A DNA stretch of 64,000 nucleotides from assembly GCF_021869535.1 (NCBI RefSeq), contig NW_026262734.1, forward strand, positions 100,130,001-100,194,000, given 5' to 3'. The translations under genes were made by a program, and so were the position numbers. The notes under the pieces were generated by a model. It saw nothing but the letters and a program-made list of their open reading frames with translations, was not told where the DNA came from and searched no databases. Every line of letters begins with the position of its first letter. The first letter of the stretch is position 1. Shown here piece after piece: positions 51,911 to 64,000 of the stretch. Origin of the DNA: Mytilus californianus. Lineage: Eukaryota.

Positions 51911-52830
51911 GGGTTAGATGCTTAAGTGAAAACGAGTTAATAACAATGACCTCGGACGATTTTCAATCTTTGAATTTTCATTGCATTTCTCGTTTGACTT
52001 CGTTAATATGCTATTGACACAAAAAAATGTTCCATCAAAAGTATAAGGGAGAATGACGGAAATTGAATCTCTATAAAGTGTTCGGTCAGCCAGAAAATTA
52101 GTTAACCGATATGGTGGGTATCGGTTTTCACACACTAGCGATAATGTTTCGCAGTTTAAGTTCTTTAGGTATCGTAAAAAGTGATTTTTCCAACCGATTG
52201 TCCTATTCAATATCTAGACATTATCAACGATGTGATTCGAACAGGCATGTGCAAAATGCATTATAAGACATGTGTATCTTATCAGCGAATCCTGTCTCGC
52301 TCCTTTTTGAGTTCAAACGATTCCCTCAGGTTTTGATTTCACGTTTTATTTTTATTTGCATTCTCTGTACATAATTTGGCTATTTGAACATCGGTTGAAT
52401 ACTGTTGCCTCTCAATAAAACACTTGTTTTTGCATATATGTTTGTAATTTATCATGTTTGAACATTTGTAAATAGACATCATTTTGTTAAACATGTTAAT
52501 TCAACTTTTTAATTTGCTGTTGTGTTTGTTGTTTTTCTGTGAGCAGTTTTCAAAATGTTTACCTTTAATTGTTTGATTCTATATTTTGATGATGAAATAC
52601 TTCAAATAATCAGTGAACCTGGTACAGATGTCGTGTTTTTTTTTATACAACGAATGACTCAGGATGATATTTCTGCAATCAAAGATGACAAATTCAAGTG
52701 CAAACCATTCGTAATAATTATTGTAAAAAATCATTACAAATATTAAGTTTACCATTTGGAAGCGAAACGCGTTAAACTTTGAACGCAGAAGGTCACTCAT
52801 TTAAATTCAACATTTAAAGAAATACAGTAC

Positions 52831-52937
52831 CTTACGGATCTTGTCTTTATGTGTTGCAACGAACACTATTCTTGGAAATCCATCATCTGAACGCTTGCAG
52901 TATGTCAGGATTGAGTTCACCCAGTGCAGAAGGTAAA
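52831..52937 (-). CDS. Roco gene exon: Roc G4 motif
   Basis: TTTTCAG|TT TAC; YLLHWVNSILTYCKRSDDGFPRIVFVATHKDKIRK; donor AAG|GTACTG; phase 1/0. Not in the supplied ORF track. Confidence 0.9.
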
Positions 52938-53539
52938 CTGAAAAGAAAATTATCAACAGAAACATAATAAAGTTAAATACAATAACACATAGCTTAGTAT
53001 CAGCTTCAGGGTTAAATATACGATAGACGTGCGTGTGGCATTGGTAATACAGTAGAATAATTTCAACTATAGTCAGAAGATCTCTTTAATTTGTTCTCAG
53101 AATCTCATGTAAAATAAATAAGGGATATAGTTACGATACTGTTGTCAGGTCATTAAAGATTGCATATTTTTGCTTTAATATTGATTCACTTATAGGGTCT
53201 TTGCATTGGATATAAACACATTTATTCTAAAACCAGTTGTTGGCATGATACGGGTTATATTCTTCTCATATATTTTATGATGGTATGATACTAAACACCT
53301 AACGGGAGGGATTGTGCCTGATATTCATATGATGAAGACATAATCTTTCAATCATTTTAATTGAGATATGGAGCTGGCATGTCAGTAACTGCTAGTAGTC
53401 CTTTGTTAATTTATGTATCATTGTCATTTGTTTAGTTTCTTTTGTTATCTTTTCTGATATCGGACTCCGACTTCTTTTAAACTGAGTTTTACTGTATTGT
53501 TGTGTGTTTGTTTTTTCTACATTTGCTAGAGGTATAGGG

Positions 53540-53850
53540 GGAGGGTTGAGATCTCATTAAAACATGTTTAACCCCTCCGCATTTTTGCGCCTGTCCCAAT
53601 TCAGGAGCCTCTGGCCTTTGTTAGTCTTGTATGATTTTTAGTATCTTTTATATATTTCGGAGTTTAGTATGACGTCCATTCTCACTGAACTAGCATACGT
53701 TTTGTTTAGGGGCCAGCTGAAGCACGCCTCCGGGTGCGGGATTTTCTCGTTGCACTGAAGACCCATTGGTGGCCTTTGGCTGTTATCTGCTCTTTGGTCG
53801 GATTGTTGTCTCTTTGACACATTCCCCATTTCCATTCTCAATTTCATATT
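53540..53850 (-). mobile_element. Interspersed repeat, inverted copy of 51640-51910
   Basis: Direct sequence match on the opposite strand. Confidence 0.75.
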
Positions 53851-53974
53851 CAACGTCAAGGTTATTTATAAAGGTATCAAATCAGCATGTTTGAAATAAA
53901 TGCAGGTATCACTTTCGTACTGTTAAACATTCATTCATCATCGCTGTTCATTATTCATTGATTCCGTAATGTTC

Positions 53975-54280
53975 CTTATGTCGTAACTACAATCCCGTTC
54001 CCTTTTCACGATTGTGACCTACCGAATTTCCGGTTTATTACAAACATGAGCAACACGACGGGTGCCACATTTGAAGCAGGATTTGCTTACCCTTCCGAAG
54101 CACATGAGATCACCCCCAGTTGTGGGGTCCATGTTACTTTGTCTTTATTTTTCTATGTTGTGTTTTGTGTACTTTTGTGTGTCTATGTGTCTTTTTCTTT
54201 TTTAGTCATGGCGTTGTCAGTTTATTTTCGATTTATGAGTTTGAATGTCCCTCTGGTATCTTTCGCCTCTCTTTTAATAG
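53975..54280 (+). mobile_element. 3' non-coding end of the Penelope-like family
   Basis: GTGACCTACCGAATT...CATGAGCAACACGACGGGTGCCAC...GAGATCACCCCCAG is the reverse complement of 42190-42500. Confidence 0.75.
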
Positions 54281-55564
54281 CATACGTGTTTTGACATACC
54301 ATAGATTTATCCATTGAAAACATTTTTTTGTGTTGTTCTTTGACAACTTCGCCCAGCATTAATTACAGAGAAATTATCAGCATTGATCTTTTTTTATAGT
54401 AGCCTTATCCTTGCACTATTTAAAACCATTATGACAGACAGCATCTAACAACAAGTATTGGACGACATGTTCCCAAATTTCTTTAACAGGCACATAAGGA
54501 ACGTCGTTGGGTAAAACATGTTTGAAGGCATTCAATTGCCCTCCTAAGCTGGGGCAGGGATGTAACAAAATAAAAGGAAAACACTGAAAAACAAAATAGT
54601 GCAACAGGGCAAACTGATCATAATGTATTTGAAGCACAAATAATATGAACCAAATGGTAGCACACAGGGTATTGGTCAATCAAAACGAAATTCGTTTATG
54701 CCAAAGTATAAGTGTCTACATATGTGTTTATTCCTGATCAGCATGTATTTTCAGTTGTGTATTACATTTTGAAAATAGTTGAATGTTAATAATGAAAAAG
54801 ATAATATTCAATGATCTTGCTGCAATGATAAATTGATTATTTCAAAATCTAGTTTGCTCAAGGTATCATGAATCTTTTCTTAGTTTGTGATCTTTTAATA
54901 ATTCACCTAATCAATTTTTCTCAAGGGAGTTTGAGTCTCAGTCTCTTAATAATATCTTAAGTTTATCAATAGATAATTCTATAAAAATGTCTTATTGATA
55001 TTGTCTGTTCAAAAACACAGAGTTTTGAAGTGATGATACCATCGAGAACAAAAAGTCTGACACCATCGGCAATGACCCACTGTGTAAACAAATTGATATT
55101 TCATTTGAGTTTCATCGGAGTGACATCTACCTTATACAAGCGAACGAATACATGTACATGTATGGGACTTTGATTGCTTTTGGGACATTCAATTAAGAAA
55201 TAAAAAATGAATTTAATATGTTCATGAACCTGCTGCGTCTTCAGTGTTTTTTTTTTGTTTATTCATGATGCAACTTAATCAGCAAGGCTGACAAACAAAG
55301 AGGTATGAATGCCTGAATACCTGAAAAGGTATATGACTAATGTAGACTAACAATCAAATCCGCTAGATAATCCTTGCCTACATTTATCCGTAGAGAACTG
55401 AATAAATGTATTCAATTAATCATATCACTGTCATAAATTACCTGTTATATTTAACATACGTCAATGGACTACCAACACGTCACTATAGACACGGATATAA
55501 CAAAATGAAAAGGAAGATACCAAAGTAACTATTAAATTTCATAAACCGAAAGGAAACCGACAAC

Positions 55565-56176
55565 TACCGTATAGCGGGTTATTTTCGTGTGGTGTTTTTT
55601 TTCGCTTATTTTGGCGGGTAATGGGAAACCGCTTAATTAAATTCCGCAAAAATTTAAGATACGTTTCTTTCAGGTATTTTATCCTTATTAATTAGTGTCA
55701 AATTACATAAGAGTTGCAAGTCACTTATGATAATTTTACGATTTAATAAGTACATAAAAGGTCCGGTCAATTAAGGAAATAACTAAGCAACCGTAACATT
55801 TACCAGAGATTTGTACATCTGTGACAAATATTCAAGTACCTGTATTCTATAGATTAACTGTACCGTATTCTATAGATTAACTGTAATGTTAACTGTACCA
55901 AAATATAATCAATAGATAAGACGGCAGGTAAAACAATCATTTGACCATACCAAAAGTAAAATCACAAAAATACTGAACTCCGAGAAAAATTCAAAAAGGA
56001 AAGTTCCTGAACAAATCAATAGACACTTGTCAATTTTTACAGCTTTTTAACTGCAACCATATCAGTATCCGCCTAAAAATTTATTTGGGATGAAGATTTT
56101 GCCAAATGTTGCCGTATACGTTGTTGCCCCTGAATCGCGAAATTTCACACCCGCGAAAATAGCCCGCTGTACGGTA
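55565..56176. mobile_element. MITE with TACCGTA(T/C)AGCGGG.TATTTTCG TIRs, TA-flanked
   Basis: Terminal inverted repeats at 55565-55590 and 56150-56176. Confidence 0.8.
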
Positions 56177-57114
56177 TTATACAAAAAAAAAAAAAAGATA
56201 ACGGGATTGTTGTTATTGCAATTGGAACATATCTTCGGTCATTTTGGATACATATATTCCGTAAAAGGCAACCAATTCATAATAGCGTTAATAAAAATTT
56301 TGAAGGGAAAACTTCAACTTTACCTCTCAAAACCTATGGTTTAATAGCTTCACAGGAAGCAGCATTTCTCTATAAAGAAAACAATGACAGGATGCTTGGG
56401 AATATCGCTTGAACTTGGAGATATAAACTATATATACAGTCTATGCTCGAATATTACATGTGTGTAGAAATATTTTAGATCTGGATGATATTTCTATACA
56501 GAAACGTGCCTAAATTATTATGAAACTGTAATTTTGAATCCAAGAGAATCAGTTACAAGTTTTTTTGTTCATCTTGTTTTGACATTGTTTAAAGTCACAA
56601 GTGCCTTTGGTACATGCATTAAAGGATATGTCTTCAATTATTCAATTGATATAACTCGAAAAAAATCCTGATAATATTCCTTTATAACAATGTTATGATC
56701 TACTGTTAACTCAGTAAGATGTGATTGCTGAAAATAGTATCGCAAGTTACGGGTCTTTATCCACATTGTCCAACAGAAAAGTAAAACAACAAATAAAAAC
56801 GCACTTCGAGGGAAATTCTAAACGGAAAGTCCCAAAGCAAATGGCAAAATAAAAAGCTCAAACACATCAAACGAATGGATTACAACTGACTTGGTATAGG
56901 CATTTTTCTATGTGGAAAATTGTGGATTAAACCTGATTTGATAGCTAGCCTATGCTCATTGTCCATAGAGTTATTCGTCATGTTTTGTTAGAAGAAGAAT
57001 TGTGAAAACACTGAATTATAGATCCAAGATAAACGGATCCACTCCCCATGAACATAAAAATACCACCAAACTAGAATGACTGCTTTGTATGTTGATCTTT
57101 TTCTCGATATTGAC

Positions 57115-57420
57115 TCAAATGACGACTTCTATTACATATATGACAAACTGGACTATTTCAATTTTCGAATTATCAACTTCCCATTTCTCAAAGGAAACAG
57201 CTCATATGCCCTATCGTATGGTGTTTACACATAAAATCGATAAGTTGCGCTCGTGCACTTTTAGACTATACAGACTTCATTAGCAGGGGTGTGCTCCTTA
57301 CAGAAAATCTCAAACAGGATGATGAAGAAGAACGACTGAAATAGACACTTCATACATTGTATGCACTCTATCACGAATTGGTTCACCAATACGATTTGTG
57401 CATGTCTCAACTCACTATCG
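57115..57420 (+). mobile_element. Old Penelope-like RT C-terminal fragment
   Basis: YDKLDYFNFRIINFPFL...YGVY..I..ARA resembles the 42515-42784 peptide. Confidence 0.6.
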
Positions 57421-57884
57421 GTTTTCGCAGTCGTAAATACCAGAATAGTTGTTCAATCTGCAATCTTACAGCTTGTTACCTTGTCTTTTGTGGATATAGG
57501 TCACATTGTCAATCACACCACATCTCCCTTTTCTTCTGCTATGCCGTTAGCTTGACGTAATTGTCTTGTGTTTATTGGTAGATTTAGTATAATTTAAAAA
57601 ATCAGTCAAAATGAATAATTCAAAATATCAAAAGCACTGTCTTTTATATTGATGATTTATGTCAGTCAGTCGTAGTAATATAAAAATATAAATGTATATA
57701 TTTCAAAGATAAGTTACAAGGGCTAGAATCAATTATATAAAACTGTAACCATCAACACTTCCTGCATATTTCAAAAGGTTTACTAATAAAGATGACTTTG
57801 ACAAATTTCTTTACGTTTACTGTTCACTAACATCGATGATCTATGACATGTTATAGAACTTTATTAACATCAATGATATATGGC

Positions 57885-57937
57885 ATAACCCTAACCCTAG
57901 CCTTAAACCCTAAAACCTAATCCTAACCCTAAACTCT
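57885..57937 (+). repeat. Short degenerate (TAACCC)n tract
   Basis: ATAACCCTAACCCTAGCCTTAAACCCTAAAACCTAATCCTAACCCTAAAC. Confidence 0.8.
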
Positions 57938-58406
57938 AAAGGTTGGCTACCAGTGATTATCTATTACAAAGCTCATTAAAAACTCCTACACAGATTTAAG
58001 CGTAGTCACATTTTGTGAGAACTAGCTGAACGTGCATGTTAAATATGCAACTGTTGAATGTTGTTATGTTTCATATGTTTATAATGAAACGCATGTGTCC
58101 TTCATTCTAAAACCATGGGTAGTATTTGTCTTAACATCATAGTGATCGAGACGTAAGACAAGCTTGAATGAGTATGTTAGTAGGACAATGATTTACCAGG
58201 TACCAAATGACATAGAAGTTAGCACTTAAGGTCATCGCTTGGCCGGCAACAATGAGCGAAACCCCATTCTTATAGTCAGCTATTAAAGTCTCCGAAATGA
58301 TAAATTAACAACAATACAAGCGAGAAATCTAACGGCCGATTTTAGGACAATGAACAATGTACGAAAAACAAGTATGATATACAGGAACAAACAATAACTA
58401 TGGATA

Positions 58407-58816
58407 AATAAACTCATCATAGAAACCAGGACTAAATTTTGTATATACACCAGACGCGCGTTTCGTCTACAAAAGACTCATCAGTGATGCTCGAATCCAA
58501 AGAAGTTAAATAGGCCAAATAAAGTACGATGTTGAAGAGCATTGAGGACCAAAATTCCTAAAAGTTTTGCCAAATACAGCTAAGGTAATCTATTCCTGAG
58601 GTAGAAAAGCCTTAGTATTTCAAACATTTAAAAGTTTTGTAAACAGTTAATTTATAAATATGACCATATCAATGATAATTCATGTCAGCACAGAAGTGCT
58701 GACTACTGGGCTGGTGATACCCCCGGGGAATTAAAACTCCACCACCAGTGGCATCGACCCAGTGGTTGTAAATAAACTCATCATAGATACCAGGACTAAA
58801 TTTTGTGTACACGCCA
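58407..58816 (-). mobile_element. Complete non-LTR retrozyme: 364-nt monomer plus 46-nt terminal direct repeat
   Basis: Direct repeat AATAAACTCATCATAGA.ACCAGGACTAAATTTTGT at 58407 and 58771; contains a hammerhead ribozyme. Confidence 0.9.
58448..58489 (-). ncRNA. Minimal type I hammerhead ribozyme
   Basis: Minus strand CAUCA-CUGAUGA-GUCU(UUUGU)AGAC-GAAAC-GCGC-GUC^UGGUG. All core nucleotides are intact; helix I CAUCA/UGGUG; palindromic helix III ACGCGCGU. Cleavage is predicted between 58453 and 58452. Confidence 0.9.
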
Positions 58817-59249
58817 TACATTGTATATTACAGTCTCTACACTTTGGACAGGCACATTCTGCATGTTTGCGGGCGCCCAACCCTTTCGCTTACATGTGAT
58901 AGTTGTTTGATAGCACAACATATGAACAATATTAAATTACATATATAAGTGCTAGGTGAATAATAATAAGCTGTAAATTAACAATACTAACACAAGATAT
59001 GCGAGTACAACCATATAAATAGGAAACAATTTATCATCAATATTTTATTCGTTCTACGAAAGTCAGTCAATCGTTGATACTTTAGCATATGTTATACATT
59101 CCGTTATGCATGTCTTTGTTTAGGAATTGTATATTAATGTGTTGTATAAATACTTTTAAAAAAATGAAAATATTTCTGTTTTGTTCATCTATATTCCGTT
59201 TTGAATATTTAATTTACAGCAGTTTTAAATTATATATAGCTAAGCTTAC

Positions 59250-60329
59250 TTGCGATGGTTGGTTTGCCGAAATGTCCTGGTAAAAATGATAAATCAGGCA
59301 TATGTTTATGCAGATTAAGACTACCATTAAACACCAACACAAATATTCCTCTGCTTGTGATGAAGAGTTGATGAGTCATGTAGTAATCTTTCTGCCCTCC
59401 AAAATCCCAGAGATCAATAGGGATAATCTTCTGCTTATACTTCCCTGCTCGTATAGAGCTGATTACCATTTCATGAAGTTGATCATGCGACAATTCATCG
59501 GCTACTTCTTTCATTAACTTTTCTTTGAATTTTTCTCTTACATATTTATTACTTTGACCTCTATCTTTTTTTATATATATGGCAGTACTGGATTCAGACT
59601 TGGTCGTGAGATCAGAATAGTCATTCGATTTTTGTGATGCTTGAAATCTTTTCTTTAAAGATGAAACAGTAGGCATTCTTATTCCTGCAACTGAATAACG
59701 ATCCTTCGACTTTTTTGTTTCTAAAACAGTTTCAACTGTTATGCTACCTACTGATGATGTGTCAGTTGAAGCAATAGACTTTGCTTTATCAACACCAGGT
59801 GAATACATTTCTGCGAAGATCCAATCAGACGATCTGATTTCTTTAGGTTGAATTTCGGATGGAATGCATTCATCGGAAAGGAAATGTGACGTACTGCTTT
59901 TTTTGGGATGCATTTCTGACGGACTGTATTCTAATTCATTTACATCGGATGTTCTGTTTTCTTCGGGAAATAACCCTGATGTATTGGTTGCTGCAACACA
60001 AATAGGTAAAGCATGGCTTTCTGTATTTGATTTGTTAGCAGTATCACAGATTTGGCTGTTTTGGTCTGAAATACAAGCTGTAAACGTGTAGTCATGATCA
60101 TCACAGCTTTCCCTGGGAAGACTTTCGAAAATGCGTTCTGTATGCACGTCACTTTGAGCAAAGTTTTCTACTGTTAAAACTCCTACATTGTTCCTGTCCA
60201 TACTAATTTGCCTGCTATGAGGGTTTAGCTCTGGTTCATTTAAGCGTTTTGTTTGGTTTGCTATGTCCATACACTCATCCGTTGACAAAGTCATCATCAT
60301 GGCCATCAGTATCTCTTCAACAGCTTTAC
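59250..60329 (-). CDS. Roco gene exon: ~300-aa insertion plus Roc G3 motif
   Basis: CTCTCAAG|GT acceptor, GCAA|GTAAGC donor, phase 1/1, open throughout; IDLWDFGGQKDYYMTHQLFITSRGIFVLVFNG. Confidence 0.92.
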
Positions 60330-60667
60330 CTTGAGAGTAAATTTAATTGTACAATATGTTGTTAGAAATCAGCTGAGAATACAACATAAGAGAACATTCA
60401 AGACCTGGAGTCGGTTTAAAAAAAAAAACAAAAAAACTTACGATTAAGATTGATCGTAATTCATGAACAATTCAGTATACTTACGATAAATCTTAGTCGT
60501 AAGTTGTTTTGTGAAACCGAATCCTGTCTGTTATAATTTAATATTTTGTATCTACATTATTGATTTGACCATATCTTGATAATTTTAATCATTTCAATTA
60601 TTAGTTCAGCTCAATAAAAACATAAATAAATATTATATTAGTACTTCTCACTCACTGCTTATAATTG

Positions 60668-61890
60668 TATATGTTAGCGACAATAAGTGAAATTAGGCAT
60701 AAAGCTTAAATCCTAGGCATTAAGCCAACGCCTAGGCATTTCAGATATTGCCTGAAATTCTCAAGTATTAAGCTTATTTCCTGAAATCTATTGCCAAACA
60801 TCATTTCAGGCAATAAGTTAATGTTTGTGATTTTTGTTTATCTTCCAGAAACATGTTAATTCGGTGACATATTCTTGATGAATGATATTTAAAAAATCAT
60901 ATTCCAAAAATTAATCTAAAATGATTTAAAAGATCTTTATATTTTAGTATTTTTTCGTATTCAAAACAGAACTTTCTCGTATTTTATTGTGTATTGCACT
61001 TCAATGGTCGAGACGGGTTGAGGTGGTCAAAAATAGACATTTTAAGATATGAAATTTTGCCAGTCACATCATTTATCCATCTGTTTAATTGGATCTGTAA
61101 ATTTTCTTAAATTCCCATTTTGTCTTTTCATTTCTTAAACTGAATAATTAGCATTTAAGAAACAAACATTTTCTTAAAACTTTGCGGAATATAAATTTTA
61201 ATCAGATAAACAAAGATCATATTCACAAGGCAAAAAGTATAATGATCTTTGACAATTTTTTACCATTAAAGGTTTGAAAGACTGGTAACTGAAGTAAAAA
61301 AGAATGATGAGAGAAGTTTATGTTTTTCTAGAGGAAATGTATGGTATTTTGGAAAAAAAAATATGTCAAAACTGCCTATCATTATTATAGACCGTAGAAT
61401 TAAACAACCTTATCATGGCTTTACAAACATTTTCCATGACTCCATTGTACTGTTTCTTCCATGTTGTGAAAATTGAAACATGATAAAATGTGCATAGTGA
61501 AGAGAATAGTAGTAAAACCTGTTTTATCCAAGGAGTTTTGCAGAAGAGGACAATATAAAAATGAAGATGTGTTATGATTGCCAATGGGACAACTCTCCAC
61601 AAGAGACCAAATGACACAGAAATTTACAGCTATAGGCCACCGTACGGCATTCAACACCGAACAAAGCCCATACTGCATAGTCAGCTATAAAAGGTCCCGA
61701 AATCCCGAATGTAAAACAATTCAAACGAGAAAACTAACGGCCTAATTAATGTTCAGAAAACGGACACAATGTTCAGGATTTAAGAGCAATGCCTAACATT
61801 ATTTAGGCAATAGACTTACTGCCTAGGCGTTAGCTTATTGCTTAGGATTTAAGCTTAATGCCTAATTTCACTTATTGCCGCTAACATATA
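60668..61890. mobile_element. Non-autonomous TIR element with ~70-bp TIRs and nested repeat
   Basis: TATATGTTAGCGACAATAAGTGAAATTAGGCAT...ATGCCTAATTTCACTTATTGCCGCTAACATATA; common repeat nested at 61560-61745. Confidence 0.85.
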
Positions 61891-62222
61891 CATGTAAACA
61901 GTGTATTATCACTCTAATGAGCACATACATTAAATCAAAAGATACATTAAGCATATATTTTCTTTGATAACGGTAGATTATTGTTTATTTGGATTGTTTT
62001 TCCATTGTTACTGGCTGATTTTTTTTCTTCAAGTTCACATAAAAAGCAGATATGTGATAATAATGGCCTATACATATAATGTTCGACTTAAACCATTGTT
62101 TGTTATTGTATTATTCATTTTATTCATAATTATTAATCATTTGTGTAAACAACAAATGAAGATCAGATAAGGGTTATACACAATTTTTAATGTGTTACAA
62201 ATGTATTTTTTTACAATTTCAC

Positions 62223-62474
62223 CTTTAGGAAGAACAATCCATTCTTCACCGTTTACATCCATACCGGCTCTTCCCATATATATCCATATACCATCCGTTG
62301 ATTCTCGTTCTTTAGGTAATACATCCCCAACCAGAAGTTTTGCCAGACAACTTTTTCCAGAAAAATAAGGCCCAACAATATATACCCTGTTCCAGTAGCA
62401 CTTAAAACTTCTGAGCTTCATGACCTCCTTAAGATCATCAGTTGTTTCCAAACCAAGACCTCTCAATTCTCCTT
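62223..62474 (-). CDS. Roco gene exon: Roc P-loop (G1) and switch I (G2)
   Basis: ATCCTAG|AA acceptor and AAAG|GTGAAA donor; RVYIVGPYFSGKSCLAKLL...RESTDGI. Confidence 0.9.
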
Positions 62475-63622
62475 CTAGGATTAGAAAATTCCATATTAAC
62501 ATAGTTTCCGTTTTGCATGCTTAAGTAGAAATCCAAGAAAGCTTTAGAGGAAGAAATAATTTAATTTTATTGAATACAAATTAGAATTTGTCTTTATTAG
62601 CTGCAGTATAACAATTTAGTTTGTATGTTGCAACGGTTAATGAACATGAAAATAGAAGAGCAATACAGAAGACATGAAAGCAAACACAGGTGTATATCAT
62701 GCAAAACCAAACAAACACCAATCATTGAACGTAACACCGAGTGTTATTAGGCGTTCTTTTTGCACAGTTTGTTTATTCCAATGATCGACATAACATGACG
62801 TTTGAAGGTTTCGACTTCAAACTCAAACGTCATAATCAAATTCATATATGTTACTTTGTGCTTTTTCCATATCTGGTACCTGTCTGTTATTGATGCTTAA
62901 TTCAGGACATTCATGAAAGATGGTAGATATTTGATAGTCTTTGTTAAAATTTTATAGCTGAGTAATTGTTATGGCTGTTTGATTGATTATAGTTGCATAT
63001 ATGTTATTGTTAAACAAAAATTAATGCAATGTTATTGCTAATAAGACGCCAACTATCAGAGCCCCAATGACGTGTATTGAAGTGGGTATAGGTAACTGTA
63101 CAATGTTTCAGGAATGAGTAGAGTCGTACCTAAGTTAGATATAAAAGACTTTGACATGCCATGATATGGAACAATTCATACGATCAACAGACTAAAATGT
63201 GCCGGGCTTAATCATATTTGTGAGTGCTTAACCCTTTTTTCACCCCAATAATGGTGTTACAGCACAACATAAATACAAACAATAACAATCAATTGGAGAG
63301 AGTAAAACCCACAAACAAAACAACTAACATAGAGGCAAACGAAACAAAATACCGTGCTATAAGAGTATTCGTTGTTACTGAATGCTGATTCAAAGCCAAT
63401 CACAACTGATTGATACATTATGTTTTCCTTGGATAAAATACTCAATACAGAAACAAACGACATAAACTACCGTGCTAAGAGTATTCGTTATTAGTGAACA
63501 AATGAAATAATAAATAATATTTTAATATCTCTCTCAGGTTTTCTTTGTATCTTTTTATTTTATACTGGTATTCTTGCAATCAGTTCAATGTGACATCATC
63601 TCATTATTTAGTCCGGCTCTAC

Positions 63623-63720
63623 CAAGGATATTTTTTGTATTTTTTCTCTTTTCAGGAAATGAAAACTCCAATGTGTCTGTGTCGATTTTAGAGTATTTTC
63701 TCTCAGCTCCAATTAGTGAT
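63623..63720 (-). CDS. Possible upstream exon of the Roco gene (SLIGAERKYSKIDTDTLEFSFPEKRKNTKNIL)
   Basis: TTTTTATTTAG| acceptor; G|GTAGAG donor is phase-compatible with the next exon. No recognisable domain. Confidence 0.3.
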
Positions 63721-64000
63721 CTAAATAAAAAGACAAATGGCTTATTTTCGTTTACTGTACAAAAACGGAATCTTCCAATCGCAAGCTCGCTAAATGTGTT
63801 TCTGTAAATCATAGTGTGTCCATACTCGTTGTTTTTGACATCCACAAACCTTAAACCTCTTTAAATGATTCCTTACTTTATGTGTCCCATTTATAAGAAT
63901 GTCTCTTATAAATATACGTGAGTGCATGTGTGATTGTTTGCATCTTTTTCCTGAGTTTGAGTCAGTTCGTCTTTGTTAAAGATATGGTTTACAATGTTAC

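Noticed and set aside
51914-52210. 98-aa minus-strand ORF in a Roco intron as an extra exon
   Set aside because: The flanking exons already join in phase 0 (KDKIRK-NFEKHK), and the ORF has no recognisable motif or clear splice sites.

Overview
AT-rich, repeat-dense eukaryotic genomic DNA. The repeat families, hammerhead retrozyme and gene families point to a bivalve, most likely Mytilus (inference). There are no prokaryotic features, rRNA, true tRNA genes or CRISPR arrays. (1) 1-23.6 kb: a tandem array of RING-less TRIM-like genes (B-box/coiled-coil/NHL-like propeller) on the minus strand. It holds one intact copy (10441-12105), one B-box-deleted and frameshifted copy (18656-20007), and the flank of a probable third copy left of the window. 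A full-length but decayed DIRS tyrosine-recombinase retrotransposon sits in it at 2293-7364. (2) 24-38 kb: SINE/LINE relics, GGTAAT satellite arrays enclosing a decayed spliced coiled-coil/BEN-like gene, an interstitial (TAACCC)n cassette, and a 4-kb non-autonomous CACTA element with a perfect 3-bp TSD. (3) 38.9-62.5 kb: an apparently intact minus-strand Roco gene (Roc GTPase-COR-death domain-death domain). I reconstructed eight phase-compatible exons by hand, about 1112 codons, with the 5' end not located. Its introns hold a Penelope-like RT fragment, MITEs and hammerhead retrozymes. One complete 364-nt retrozyme monomer begins exactly at the ribozyme cleavage site.
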